Source of the DNA: Promethearchaeia archaeon
GTDB taxonomy: Archaea > Asgardarchaeota > Lokiarchaeia > Sigyniarchaeales > SOKP01
NCBI GenBank assembly: GCA_046483985.1
Contig: JAWOCD010000109.1
Coordinates: 1 to 42,054 of the forward strand
Reading direction: 5' to 3'
Length of the DNA: 42,054 bases
In this document: positions 9,202-19,833 of the stretch, in pieces
Layout: each line of letters opens with the position of its first letter
Position numbering within the stretch: the stretch's first letter is position 1
Translations under genes and position numbers: made by a program
The notes under the pieces: generated by a model
What the model was told of the DNA's origin: nothing
Seen by the model: only the letters and a program-made list of their open reading frames with translations
Databases searched by the model: none

Positions 9202-9960
9202 TTATTTCTTCAGTGAAAGGATACTTTTAACCCATTTTGGTAAGATAAAGCCCAGATAAAAGAAGAATATTGTTAACATTAGGAAAGTCCTTACAATTAA
9301 TAAAAGCCATATCTCCATATCGATTATAGCGTCCATCGTAGCGGAGAAGCCAAATAGAATAAACGCAATGAATAAAAATCTTCCTTTCCATTGTAATTCC
9401 GGATTTTTTTCGATCTTCATGGATTTTATTGAGAAATGTAACCCCGTACTGCAAGCGGTGATTATGGAAACCCCCAAAAAGACCAATACAAGCCCTTTAT
9501 AATCAATGTCCGTGGGATTAGTGCTAGAAATGATCCCGAGTAAACCTTTAACGGGCGCATCGGGAGCAAGCAAGGTTAAATAGAATAAATATAGCTCAAA
9601 GATGAGAGAAAAAAGAATATAAATGGTGATAAGTGTATTTCCTTTCTCGGGATAGATATTAAATTTATAGACATAGAGCCACGCAATAATCGCGATCGGA
9701 ATTCCTGCGGTACCCAAAATAACATAAAATTGATATGTAATAAGTTCATCCGTGATTAACCAGTAGATATACCCCCCACCGCTGGGAAACCAAGGGCTTA
9801 GTGTAAAAATAACGCAGAGAAAGAAAAGAAAGATAACCTTCTCCCTCGTCTTGATTGATTTATAGAGAACAACAGAACCTAGTAAAAATCCAATTAACAA
9901 GGCAATAAAAGCCGTTAATCCGGAAACTTGTGCAAGTTGATCATATTCTGCATATATCAT
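9202..9960 (-). CDS. Stand-alone seven-transmembrane protein, function unknown
   Basis: Seven hydrophobic segments in 252 aa with no soluble domain. Confidence 0.7.
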   Translation of the reverse strand: MIYAEYDQLAQVSGLTAFIALLIGFLLGSVVLYKSIKTREKVIFLFFLCVIFTLSPWFPSGGGYIYWLITDELITYQFYVILGTAGIPIAIIAWLYVYKFNIYPEKGNTLITIYILFSLIFELYLFYLTLLAPDAPVKGLLGIISSTNPTDIDYKGLVLVFLGVSIITACSTGLHFSIKSMKIEKNPELQWKGRFLFIAFILFGFSATMDAIIDMEIWLLLIVRTFLMLTIFFFYLGFILPKWVKSILSLKK

Positions 9961-10145
9961 AATAATAAGCCTTCTTTCTTCTAATTTTTACATAAAATAG
10001 ACTATTAATATTAATATTCGATCTTATTGTTAAAAAATTTTAGCTTTTTCGAAAGTGCCATCCAGAAACAAAAAATATTTGTATGACCGATCCTTTTATC
10101 TTTAAGAGAATAGAAGAAGACTCTCTCAAATAGGTAGGAAAGTGA

Positions 10146-11609
10146 GTGAAAATGACGGTAGTAGTAATGAAATTTGGAGGAAGTTGTCTAGTTGATAATA
10201 ATGCGTTCAAACAAATAGATAAGATTACGAATATATATTCAGATGCAAAGAAGGTGTATGTGGCTTCAGCATTTAAAGGAATCACCGATCTTTTAATTGC
10301 AACCGCAAACAGTATTGATGAACCCCATAAAATTAATGAGAATATGGCACTTATAGAAAAGCGACATATGAATGTGATTCAAAATATCTTTCAACGAGGA
10401 TCTGACTATTATGAGGCTGCAATGGAATGGGTCGATGAGAAACTAAGCGAATTGGAGGAAGCATTTTCCGATATCGAGGAATTCGGGTTGGAACCTTATT
10501 ATAAGGATTATGTGTCCAGTTTTGGCGAGATTCTATCGACCTATATTTTAAATCAATATCTGTTGAGCCGAGGTCATAATAGTATATTTATCTCTGCGAA
10601 TAATTTAATTATTACCGATGACAATTTTAATAACGCATATCCGTTGTATGAGTTGACCAATAACCGTGTGGAAAAGAGGATCCTTCCCTTGTTAGAAAAT
10701 CCAAAGAAGGATACGATTTCCTGCGTCACAGGATACATAGGCCGGAATAAAATCGGCTACATCACCACCTTAGGAAGGGGAGGTTCAGATTATACAGCTA
10801 CTATTCTTGCTCGAGCACTTTATGAAAGGGGAAGCGATAAAGATATTAAGGTTATCCTCTGGAAAGACGTAGACGGGCTCCTTGCTATAGACCCTCAATA
10901 CGTGCCAGAGGCGGCACTTATAAAACGAATTGATTATGCCGAAGCAAAGGAAATCGCAAATTTTGGGGCTCAAGTCTTGCATCCCAAATGTTTGGAAGCC
11001 ATCGAAAAGAAACGGATCGCCTTGGAAATCCGTAACTTCGATCAGCCTGAGGAAGAAGAAAACTATACCGTCATTTCGGATAGTACAGATATTAGTCAAA
11101 TTAAGGGAGTATCCGCATTAGAGGATGCCTCCATCATAACCATCACATCGGGGAGTATGGTGGGCGTTCCCGGTATACTGGCAAGGATCTTTAAAGTGAT
11201 GGGAGAGAAAAACATTAGCGTGTCCCTGGTTTCCCAGAGCTCCTCGGAAGTGAGTACTTCTTTCATTGTAAGTCGCGAAGATTTAGATTTGGCAATGAAA
11301 TCATTACGGGAGACATTTCGAGATTTCTTGGAACTCGAATTTTTTGAAATAAATTCGAAAAACGTGGGGGTGCTCAATATTACAGGGCTCAAGGTCTTGG
11401 ACAACAGTACCCGATCGAGAATCTTTGAAGCCTTAGATAAAAACGGGATTGAAGTGAAAGCCCTTTCTCAGAGTTATGATGAACTGAATTTATCGCTGGT
11501 CATTGAGGACCAGAAATTAAAACGCGCCATTAAAACGATCCATGATGACTTGTGCCACGACATCGATAATTTCCAATGTGCAGATACACTAAGAAAGAGA
11601 AAAGGATAA
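10146..11609 (+). CDS. lysC: Aspartate kinase with two ACT domains
   Basis: VMKFGGS, TTLGRGGSDYTA, KDVDG, FGAQVLHPK, GVPGILARIF. Confidence 0.95.
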   Translation: MKMTVVVMKFGGSCLVDNNAFKQIDKITNIYSDAKKVYVASAFKGITDLLIATANSIDEPHKINENMALIEKRHMNVIQNIFQRGSDYYEAAMEWVDEKLSELEEAFSDIEEFGLEPYYKDYVSSFGEILSTYILNQYLLSRGHNSIFISANNLIITDDNFNNAYPLYELTNNRVEKRILPLLENPKKDTISCVTGYIGRNKIGYITTLGRGGSDYTATILARALYERGSDKDIKVILWKDVDGLLAIDPQYVPEAALIKRIDYAEAKEIANFGAQVLHPKCLEAIEKKRIALEIRNFDQPEEEENYTVISDSTDISQIKGVSALEDASIITITSGSMVGVPGILARIFKVMGEKNISVSLVSQSSSEVSTSFIVSREDLDLAMKSLRETFRDFLELEFFEINSKNVGVLNITGLKVLDNSTRSRIFEALDKNGIEVKALSQSYDELNLSLVIEDQKLKRAIKTIHDDLCHDIDNFQCADTLRKRKG

Positions 11610-11628
11610 TAAATAGGTCGAGACTTTT

Positions 11629-12156
11629 CTATTCATCCATATCATTAACAATTCTATTGGTCAACTCCACGAAGGCTTCTTCCACCTTCTCTCCCGTTTT
11701 TGCCGAGGTCTCAATGTAAGTACTCCCTTCTTTTTCCGCATACTCCTTTGCCTCTGAACGATCGACCACTTCTCCCATTGCCTCTACTAAATCTAATTTG
11801 TTCCCGATAAGTACGAACGGAATATCGGGTTTGGTAAACTCTCTCACCTCAGATAACCAATGTTTCACTTCTTCAAAGGTTCCGAGTCTGGTGAGATCAA
11901 ACACCAGCAGTGCACCGGCAGCGCCACGATAAAACGTGGTTCGTATTGATTGAAATCGTTTCTGGCCGCCTACATCCCAAATTGATAATGTTGCAGTTTC
12001 TCCTGAATCCACTTCCACTTTTTTTGTTTTAAAATCAACGCCCACGGTTAACTCATAATTTGCTTGAAACTCATCGTTGATAAAGCGATGCACAAGGGAT
12101 GTTTTTCCCACCGCTCCTGCTCCGATTAAAATCATCTTTAATTTATATGAACTCAT
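11629..12156 (-). CDS. Rab-like small GTPase
   Basis: GAGAVGKT, TVGVDF, WDVGGQ, FYRGA, LVFDLT, GNKLD, ETSAK; no C-terminal Cys tail. Confidence 0.93.
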   Translation of the reverse strand: MSSYKLKMILIGAGAVGKTSLVHRFINDEFQANYELTVGVDFKTKKVEVDSGETATLSIWDVGGQKRFQSIRTTFYRGAAGALLVFDLTRLGTFEEVKHWLSEVREFTKPDIPFVLIGNKLDLVEAMGEVVDRSEAKEYAEKEGSTYIETSAKTGEKVEEAFVELTNRIVNDMDE

Positions 12157-12237
12157 AATACAAACACTTATGTAATAGAAATATTCTTGAATCGATATAA
12201 TATTGAATCAAAATAAGAGAGTTAAGTAAAAATATGT

Positions 12238-12765
12238 TTAGCTTTGGCGAGAATGAATAATCTGCTGGGTTAATTCGGTAAATGCCTGTTCAACATTCAC
12301 ACCTGTTTTTGCCGAGGTCTCGATATAGATGCTTCCTTCCTCTTCGGCAAATGCTCGGGCTTCTTCCCTGTCTATTACCATTCCTACATCCTCCACTAAG
12401 TCTAATTTATTACCGATTAGTACAAATGGAAGATCCGGTTTGGCAAACTGTTTTATTTCACTGAGCCATTTACGGGTTTCCGTGAATGTTTGTTCTCGAG
12501 TAAGGTCGAAGACAAGTAATGCCCCCGCAGCTCCTTTATAGAAGGTGGATCTTATAAATTCGAAGCGTTGTTGTCCGCCTATATCCCAAATCGATAAGGT
12601 AGCGATTTTTCCAGGCTCGAATTCGACGTCTTTAGTTAGAATATCTACCCCGACCGTCAATTTATAATTTGCTTGAAATTTATCTTTGATAAACCGCTGT
12701 ACGAGCGAGGTTTTTCCCACAGCCGCTGCACCAGCCAAGATGGTCTTCAGTTTGAAGCTACTCAT
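12238..12765 (-). CDS. Rab-like small GTPase (tandem paralog)
   Basis: GAAAVGKT, TVGVDI, WDIGGQ, FYKGA, LVFDLT, GNKLD, ETSAK; same length (175 aa) as its neighbour. Confidence 0.93.
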   Translation of the reverse strand: MSSFKLKTILAGAAAVGKTSLVQRFIKDKFQANYKLTVGVDILTKDVEFEPGKIATLSIWDIGGQQRFEFIRSTFYKGAAGALLVFDLTREQTFTETRKWLSEIKQFAKPDLPFVLIGNKLDLVEDVGMVIDREEARAFAEEEGSIYIETSAKTGVNVEQAFTELTQQIIHSRQS

Positions 12766-13106
12766 TCAGTTTTTTACTCCTTAGTGTGATTATTTCACGA
12801 TAATTTTTAATATTTTATTATTATATAAACTATTATTATTAAAAATGATATTTAAGAATTTATTTTCGCTTTCTTTCAAGATGAATTTCTAAATAATTAA
12901 TCTCTCAAATAGTTTTATAAATTTTAAAATGATGCAATGAATATATTTTTAATGCGTTGGAAACAGATAAAACCCTCACAGTAAACACTAGAAATATTCA
13001 TTTATGAACAAGGCTGGAGAGTAAATATTAAGTAGATACAAATTTAAAATTATAAATGAGAAGTAGTTGTTATTATTATTATATTTAGAAAAAAGAGAAT
13101 ATAAAA

Positions 13107-16100
13107 ATGCAAAGAAAACCAACATCCGAGGAGCTAGCCCAACAAGCGTTAGACCTTTTAGAAAAGGCGGAAAGATACGAGCAAGAAAAGAATTGGAGTA
13201 AATCCATCCAATTTTATTCCGAAGCTGCTGAGAAATTAAAAGCCAGCGGATTTTTAATGCATCGGATCGAAGATATCTACAATAGGATTACGCGGTTGAA
13301 TAAATTTATCGAACAAAAGCAAAAGTATGCGCAGCAAAGCCAGCAACAACAAGTCCAAAAACTCCAAGATCAAGCCTTCGCCTTGTTAGATCAGGCCAAA
13401 GAACTCGAGTCGGGGGGAAGATTTAAAGATGCGATCGAGCAATATATGGACGCCATCAAATTATTAGCACAATCTGGATGGACGGAAGCACAGTTAGAGA
13501 ACCTCAAATCAAAAGTTAAGGAGTTGGCAAAGAAGGCCGAGCAACAACAGCAAGTAGAGCAGCAAATGGAGTTACAATCTTCTCAACAGCAAGCGGGAAC
13601 TGCTGGTCCTCAGCAAGTACAGCCAGCGCAGTCAGGGCAAGAGGGACAAGTAAGCGGAAAAGCAAAGGCACTAAGAGAATACGAAAAGAAGAAGAAAAAA
13701 GAGGAAGAGATACAAAATCAAGCGTTTTCACATATCGATAACGCGAAAATGTTTGAAAAGGAGAAAAAATATCAAGAAGCAATCTTAAATTATGAGAAGG
13801 CAATAGAATTATTAGACTCATTAGGATGGACGCAGCAAACGAAAAATTTACGAGGCGTCGTAGAGCAACTGCAAAGAGAGAAACAAGAATATGAAGCGAG
13901 TGAACAAAGAGAGGCACAAGGAGGTCAGCAGACTACAGCTGTTTCCGGGGAAGAACAAGCCACGGATGAACCAAGTATGGATATGCAAAAGGCGCCTAAA
14001 TTGGAAGAACAAAAATTATATGAATACGAGGAGAAAAAGCGCAAAGAAGAGGAAATCCAAAATAAAGCATTTCAATTAATAGACGAAGGGAAGCGGCTCG
14101 AACGAGAGAAAAAGTATAGCGATGCAATTGAATCCTTCCAGAAAGCAATTGATATGCTCAAATCTATAGAGTGGGACAGTTATATCCAACCGGTCCGTGA
14201 ATTCATTAACAAAATAAAACAAAAACAGCAATCGGAATCAAAGGCAGTAGAACTTAAAGAGAAGAGAGAGCAAGAATTAGAGCAACTTCAGCAATCCATT
14301 CAAAAGAAGCAAAAAGACCAATTTGTGGAGTCTGCACAGAAATTAGAATTAAAACGAAGAGAATTTGAGAAGCAAAAAGCAAAACAAGCCCAAAAGGAAA
14401 AGGAATTCTTTGCATTATTAGATAAGGCAGACAAGTTATTAAATGAAAGAAATTTTGCCGGGGCAATTAATAAATACCAAACGGCACTACAGAAGCTAAA
14501 TTCTTTAGGGGAAGGGTGGCAATCCTACATTCCAACCATTAAAAATACGATTTCCGTGATCAAAAAGAAACAACAACAAAAGATCCAGCGAGAACAAAAA
14601 TTAAAGGAGGAACAAGAACTAAGGAAGCACGAGGAGAAGGAGTTCCAAAAACAAGTTTCAGATAAGATGAAAAAGGAGCAACAGAAATTAAAGCAAAAAG
14701 AAATTGTTCTAAAACGAAGAGAGGACGAAATAAAATACCGAGAAAAAAAGAAGGAAGCAGCTTTCAAATATCTGGATGCGGCACAGAATTATCTGCAGCA
14801 AAAAGAATTCGACAAAGCCATCTATGCCTATCAAAATGCTGGGAATGTGTTTGCTGAAATTCAATGGACCGAGGAACTATCACAGATAGAAGATGCAATA
14901 AAAGAAGTAGAAAACAAGAAAGAAGAATATCAAAAACGGAAAGAGAAACAATTAGAACAGAAGATAAAACGTCAACAAGAACAAAAAGAATTCCAGCAGA
15001 GCATTACTCAGATGCTACAGGAAGAAAGAGAAAAGATCAAACAACGCCAAATACAAATAAAAGAAAGAGAAAAACAGCAAGCTTACTTCGATCAGAGAAA
15101 AGAAGAAGCGTTTACCAAGATTGAAAAGGCACAGAATTTTGTAAGTAAAACAAAGTTCGAAGAAGCCCTAGAATTATATCGAGAGGTAGTCAATATTTTT
15201 GCCGAAATCCATTGGGATGAGGAGATCCCACTAATTCAGAATGCAATTTCAGATATAAAAGAAAAGCAGCATGAATTGAAAGTAAGGAAAGAGCAAGAGC
15301 AGCAAAAGCGCATCCTCGAACAACAGAAAGAAAAAGAGTTTCAGCTGGAAATAATGGAGATGACAAAGCAGCATCAAGAGGAGTTAGAAAAACAAAAATT
15401 AAGGCTCAGAGAACGAAAAAAAGAACAACAATACAGAGAAAATAGGAAAAAGCGAGCATTTAAATTAATTGATAAGGCAAAAGAGTTCCTTTCCCGGGGA
15501 GAATTTGATAAATCTCTTAAATTATACCGCGAAGTTTCGAATATCTTTGCACAAATCCAATGGACTGAGGAGATCCCCATAATTAAGAGGGCTATAGAAA
15601 AGGTTAAGAAGAAAAAGAGAAAACAAGAGATTTTGGAGGAGCAAAAACGGCAAGAGGAAATTCAACAAGAAACCGCGCAGTTAGCCTTTATTAATCAAAT
15701 AAAGCAACAACGAAAAGTCGAAAAAGAAAAAGAACTTGAAAAGCAGCAACAGCTCAAAGCACAACAACAATTATCGGAGGAAATGGCTCAAAAACAAGAA
15801 AATGCCATGAATCTGGTAGATGAAGGAGATGTACTCTTAAAACAAAATAAATTCGAGGAGGCTCTTAATAACTATCAGAAAGCAAAAAAACAGTTCAAGG
15901 AGATAGGATGGTCAGAGGCATATCTAAAGACATTAGAAGATTCAATTGAAACGATTAAATTAAGAAAAAGAGAGTATGAAAAACAAAAGGAAAAAGAAAG
16001 GTTACGTCAGAAGAAACAAGAGGAGAAAAACAGAAAATTCCAACAAGAAATCGCCAGGAAATTGGAAGACGAAAAGAAACGAATGAAAGTTAAAGAAATT

Positions 16101-18104
16101 AAGGTTAAAAAACAAGAGGAAATAAAACAACTCGTCCAAAGCAAGAAGAAAAAGGCATTTGGACTGTTGGACGAGGCCGAAGATCTTGTAAAAGAACAAA
16201 AATATGATCCCGCGCTCGAAAAGTACCATGAAGCAGAATTGCTTTTAAATGAAATCCAATATCCCACCAATGCAATTAAAGAGATGCGTGTTAAAGTTAA
16301 AAAGAAAAAGAAAAAACACGAGCGGAAACAACAAAAGCAGAGAGAAGCGGAACTCAAAGCGCAACAGGAAAATTTGCTATTCCAACAGAGAGTTACTGAA
16401 AATATTAACTTAAAGAAGGAAAAATTGAGGAAAAAAGAAATCAGACTCAAGAAACAAAAAGAATTACAACAATATTTTGAGAAGCGGAAAAATGACGCCT
16501 TTAATCTACTGGAGGAGGCGGAGATATTTCTCAAAAAGGGAAATTATGATAAATCCTTAGAATTTTACCATAGCGCCCAAATTATATTAAACGAAATTCA
16601 TTTCCCCACTAAATCAATTAAGGAAATGATTAATAAAGTTAGAAAAAAGAAGAAGCAAGCGGAATTGAGGAAAGAGAAAGAATTAGAGAGACAATTAGCG
16701 CAAGAACAAGCTGAAAAAGAATTTCAACAAAGAAAAGCGGAAGAAATTAAGAAAGAGCAGAAGCGTCTTAAAATAAAAGAGATTAAGATTAAAAAGCGTA
16801 AAGAAATGCAACAACTGATCCAAAGGAATAAAAAAGAAGCTTTTGAATTACTGGACCAAGGCGAGGATTATGTCAATTCGGGACAATACGATAAAGCTTT
16901 AGAAACATATAGAAAAGCCGAACTGCTTCTGAATGAAATCCAATTTCCCACAGATGCGATTAAGGAAACGATCGTAAAAGTCTCCAATCTAAAGGAGCAA
17001 AAGGAGATGGAACAAGAACGAAGATTGCAAACCAAGTTGGAACAAATTAAAGAACAAGAAGAAATAGAAAAAATAATAGAAGAGAGAAAACAACAAGAGG
17101 AGGAAAAAAGGAAAGCGCAAAGGGAGGCGCTCCAAAAGCGGGAAAAACTCATACAAAAACAGCAAAACATCAGGGAAACGTCTTATTCCTTACTTGAAGA
17201 GGCGGGTAAATTTCTTAAACAATATACACCCGATTATGACAAGGCGATTTCTCTCTATGTGCAAGCCCGCAATTTATTAGCGGAAAACATCGGTTGGGAG
17301 CCAGAGATTAAAAACTTGAATAGATTGATCCGTGGGCTTCAACAAGAAAAAGAGGAATTCTTGAAACAGAAACGGAGAGAAAAAGAGGCAAAAATTCAGC
17401 AGCAACAAGAATATGAACAGTTCCAAGAGGAGATTCGAAGGAGACAACGAGAGTTCGAAGAGAAAAGAGAGAAACAGAGAGAGAAAATGCAGGAATTGCA
17501 AGAGCAGCGAAAACTGGCAGAGCAAATTAAAAAACAGGGATTTAACTTGCTGGATGAGGCAAAAAAACTTACAAGATTCCACAAATTTGAGGATGCCTAC
17601 GAAAAGTTCAATACCGCCAAACAAAAGTTTCGAGAGATCGGGTGGTCAAAGCAGATAAAATACATCGAGAAAGAGATTAAAAATGCCGAAAATCTGGAGC
17701 AAGAAGTTCAGAGAGAAAAATTAGAAAGAGAACAAATCGAAAAAGAATTAGAACAACAAAGAAAGCTGGAAGAAAAAAAGCGAGAAGAAGAATATCAAAG
17801 GATGAAGGACACCGTTGGGGAAGTGGGAGATTTAGCAGGCGATGTTGCGAATTTAATTGAGGAAGAACAGCAACGATTGCAATTGACGGAAAAGCAAAAG
17901 CAAGAACAGTTAATACGCGAATCAAAGGAATTTAAAAGGAATATCGCCAAGATGATGGAGATTAAGCAAGAGCTTCGAGCGGAATTGGAAAAGGCAAAAG
18001 AAAAGGAAAAGCAAAAACAAGAAGAGAAGAAAAAGAAGAAACACGAAGAACAAATAGATGAGATCTCTAAACTGCTTGACGATGTCTCAAAAGATGGGGA
18101 TTAA
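13107..18104 (+). CDS. Giant helical repeat protein: 14 MIT/TPR-like modules separated by E/K/Q/R-rich helices
   Basis: Recurrent AFxLLDxAxxxxxxxxY/FxxAxxxYxxAxxxxxxIxW motif; the central spacings I measured are 114-116 aa. Confidence 0.85.
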   Translation: MQRKPTSEELAQQALDLLEKAERYEQEKNWSKSIQFYSEAAEKLKASGFLMHRIEDIYNRITRLNKFIEQKQKYAQQSQQQQVQKLQDQAFALLDQAKELESGGRFKDAIEQYMDAIKLLAQSGWTEAQLENLKSKVKELAKKAEQQQQVEQQMELQSSQQQAGTAGPQQVQPAQSGQEGQVSGKAKALREYEKKKKKEEEIQNQAFSHIDNAKMFEKEKKYQEAILNYEKAIELLDSLGWTQQTKNLRGVVEQLQREKQEYEASEQREAQGGQQTTAVSGEEQATDEPSMDMQKAPKLEEQKLYEYEEKKRKEEEIQNKAFQLIDEGKRLEREKKYSDAIESFQKAIDMLKSIEWDSYIQPVREFINKIKQKQQSESKAVELKEKREQELEQLQQSIQKKQKDQFVESAQKLELKRREFEKQKAKQAQKEKEFFALLDKADKLLNERNFAGAINKYQTALQKLNSLGEGWQSYIPTIKNTISVIKKKQQQKIQREQKLKEEQELRKHEEKEFQKQVSDKMKKEQQKLKQKEIVLKRREDEIKYREKKKEAAFKYLDAAQNYLQQKEFDKAIYAYQNAGNVFAEIQWTEELSQIEDAIKEVENKKEEYQKRKEKQLEQKIKRQQEQKEFQQSITQMLQEEREKIKQRQIQIKEREKQQAYFDQRKEEAFTKIEKAQNFVSKTKFEEALELYREVVNIFAEIHWDEEIPLIQNAISDIKEKQHELKVRKEQEQQKRILEQQKEKEFQLEIMEMTKQHQEELEKQKLRLRERKKEQQYRENRKKRAFKLIDKAKEFLSRGEFDKSLKLYREVSNIFAQIQWTEEIPIIKRAIEKVKKKKRKQEILEEQKRQEEIQQETAQLAFINQIKQQRKVEKEKELEKQQQLKAQQQLSEEMAQKQENAMNLVDEGDVLLKQNKFEEALNNYQKAKKQFKEIGWSEAYLKTLEDSIETIKLRKREYEKQKEKERLRQKKQEEKNRKFQQEIARKLEDEKKRMKVKEIKVKKQEEIKQLVQSKKKKAFGLLDEAEDLVKEQKYDPALEKYHEAELLLNEIQYPTNAIKEMRVKVKKKKKKHERKQQKQREAELKAQQENLLFQQRVTENINLKKEKLRKKEIRLKKQKELQQYFEKRKNDAFNLLEEAEIFLKKGNYDKSLEFYHSAQIILNEIHFPTKSIKEMINKVRKKKKQAELRKEKELERQLAQEQAEKEFQQRKAEEIKKEQKRLKIKEIKIKKRKEMQQLIQRNKKEAFELLDQGEDYVNSGQYDKALETYRKAELLLNEIQFPTDAIKETIVKVSNLKEQKEMEQERRLQTKLEQIKEQEEIEKIIEERKQQEEEKRKAQREALQKREKLIQKQQNIRETSYSLLEEAGKFLKQYTPDYDKAISLYVQARNLLAENIGWEPEIKNLNRLIRGLQQEKEEFLKQKRREKEAKIQQQQEYEQFQEEIRRRQREFEEKREKQREKMQELQEQRKLAEQIKKQGFNLLDEAKKLTRFHKFEDAYEKFNTAKQKFREIGWSKQIKYIEKEIKNAENLEQEVQREKLEREQIEKELEQQRKLEEKKREEEYQRMKDTVGEVGDLAGDVANLIEEEQQRLQLTEKQKQEQLIRESKEFKRNIAKMMEIKQELRAELEKAKEKEKQKQEEKKKKKHEEQIDEISKLLDDVSKDGD

Positions 18105-18126
18105 AAGATGGGGTACCCCAACTTAT

Positions 18127-19677
18127 TTACTTTTTGTTAAGATATGAAGGATTAACTCTTTTCCTTATAATATATATCAAGCTTATTAGATTTAACCCAA
18201 AAAGGATAACAATTAAGACTGCCCGTTCATCAAATACGAGCGATATCTTAAATGTCCCTTCTGTGCCTGAATTAAGGAGGGCTTTGACGACTAAATAGTA
18301 ACTTTGGTCTTTTTCAGTAAAAAATCCCATTCTCTGTTGCGATGAGGATTGAGTTAATAAACTTAAAGTATCGGTTACGAGCTGGGGATTTCCGTAGGAA
18401 TCTGATTCTCTTGCGAAAAGAAACATCTCAGCTTTTAATGAATCCAAGCTATCCAGTTGGAGGAAGTATTGATCCGGGGGAACGGTTAAAGGAAGGCACA
18501 ATACACCTATTTCATGGTTTAAATGAAATTCTAAGTCGAAATTTTGAGTAATCCTGGTGGGCGTTTCAAGCGCCCTTAAAGCGGCATACCCATTCACACG
18601 CCCCCACCCTTGTGCGTTATCTTTAAGAGTTTGCTGTTCCTCCGTTCTAATAGAAGTCATAGAGATAATGCTCTTGAGATCCTTAGAAGTCAACTCGTCG
18701 TTTTTTTCAAGCATTAACGCCGCAAGACCAGCCACCATGGGGGTAGAGGCAGAAGTTCCGGATCTTGAGATGTACTCCTCTAAAGACCCTTCCTTGCTCG
18801 CCCCTAAAATGGACACTGCAGGTGCACATACATCGGGTTTAATTACACCTTCATTGGTAGGGCCTCTTCCGCTTTTTGGATAGATGTTTCCTTCCTCATC
18901 CAGCCCCCCCACTGCTAGTGCGGATTTTGCAGACGCGGGAGAGGTAATCGTTCCCGACCCCTCCGCTCCATAATTCCCTGCGGAGGCAACAACAAGAATG
19001 TCTTGAAAGAATAGATCATCCACCATCTCATGCAATCTTTCAACTTCATCTTGGTTACCGGAATTAATTTCTGCACCGAAACTCATGCTTACTATTCTAA
19101 TATTGTATTTCTCCTTGTTTTCTATAAGCCAGTTAACGGCTCTTTCAACAATATCGGGATCAGAGACAATTTCATCATCCTCATTATATTTAAACACTTG
19201 CATGATGATAAAATTCACATCCGGTGCAACCCCTTGATAATCAGTACCATTCCCCCCTAAAATAGACGCGGTCCAGGTTCCATGCCAGTAAATATCCTCT
19301 GGGTCATCGGTCACTCCGTCCTCTTTTTCATCCCAAAATTCCTGAATTCGCTCACTCCAATTAATTCTCCCTGCATCCGTAAAGGCATTGTGTTCGGCCC
19401 GAATTCCAGTATCCAAAACAGCAACAGTTACATTATTTCCCGTATAGTTAATTGGATATTGGGAATTATTTGCGGAGATGAGATCTTGAGCATTGTATTG
19501 ATCGAGAAGATTGTTCTCCCCCGTATTCCCTGAAAATATGTTCGGCGTCAGAGAATTTCCATTTTTTCGATGATTTTCGCAAAGAAGAGATAAGAACGAT
19601 GTACTAATGAGAACTATAAGAAAGAACAAAGTGAGTATTTTCTTTTTCCGTTGCTTTACTAAACTAAAAGAGCGCAT
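18127..19677 (-). CDS. Membrane-anchored S8 subtilisin-like serine protease
   Basis: VAVLDTG, HGTWTAS, SAGN, KPDVCAP, SGTSASTP; N-terminal signal/TM and C-terminal TM. Confidence 0.92.
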   Translation of the reverse strand: MRSFSLVKQRKKKILTLFFLIVLISTSFLSLLCENHRKNGNSLTPNIFSGNTGENNLLDQYNAQDLISANNSQYPINYTGNNVTVAVLDTGIRAEHNAFTDAGRINWSERIQEFWDEKEDGVTDDPEDIYWHGTWTASILGGNGTDYQGVAPDVNFIIMQVFKYNEDDEIVSDPDIVERAVNWLIENKEKYNIRIVSMSFGAEINSGNQDEVERLHEMVDDLFFQDILVVASAGNYGAEGSGTITSPASAKSALAVGGLDEEGNIYPKSGRGPTNEGVIKPDVCAPAVSILGASKEGSLEEYISRSGTSASTPMVAGLAALMLEKNDELTSKDLKSIISMTSIRTEEQQTLKDNAQGWGRVNGYAALRALETPTRITQNFDLEFHLNHEIGVLCLPLTVPPDQYFLQLDSLDSLKAEMFLFARESDSYGNPQLVTDTLSLLTQSSSQQRMGFFTEKDQSYYLVVKALLNSGTEGTFKISLVFDERAVLIVILFGLNLISLIYIIRKRVNPSYLNKK

Positions 19678-19833
19678 TTTTCTCTTTTTAGGGGGTATTT
19701 TTCATTTTTTTATTTTTTTTATTACATTTCCAAATTAATTAGGTAGTTAATGAAAATCTATCTAAAAGATTTTATTTTTTCACATCATAAGATTAATAGT
19801 ATAGAAACAAAAAAATTAACATAATTAGATGTC

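Noticed and set aside
13516-17925. Many antisense and alternate-frame ORFs inside the giant gene and the GTPase tail
   Set aside because: They are F/L/S/C-rich shadows of E/K/Q codons with no independent motifs.
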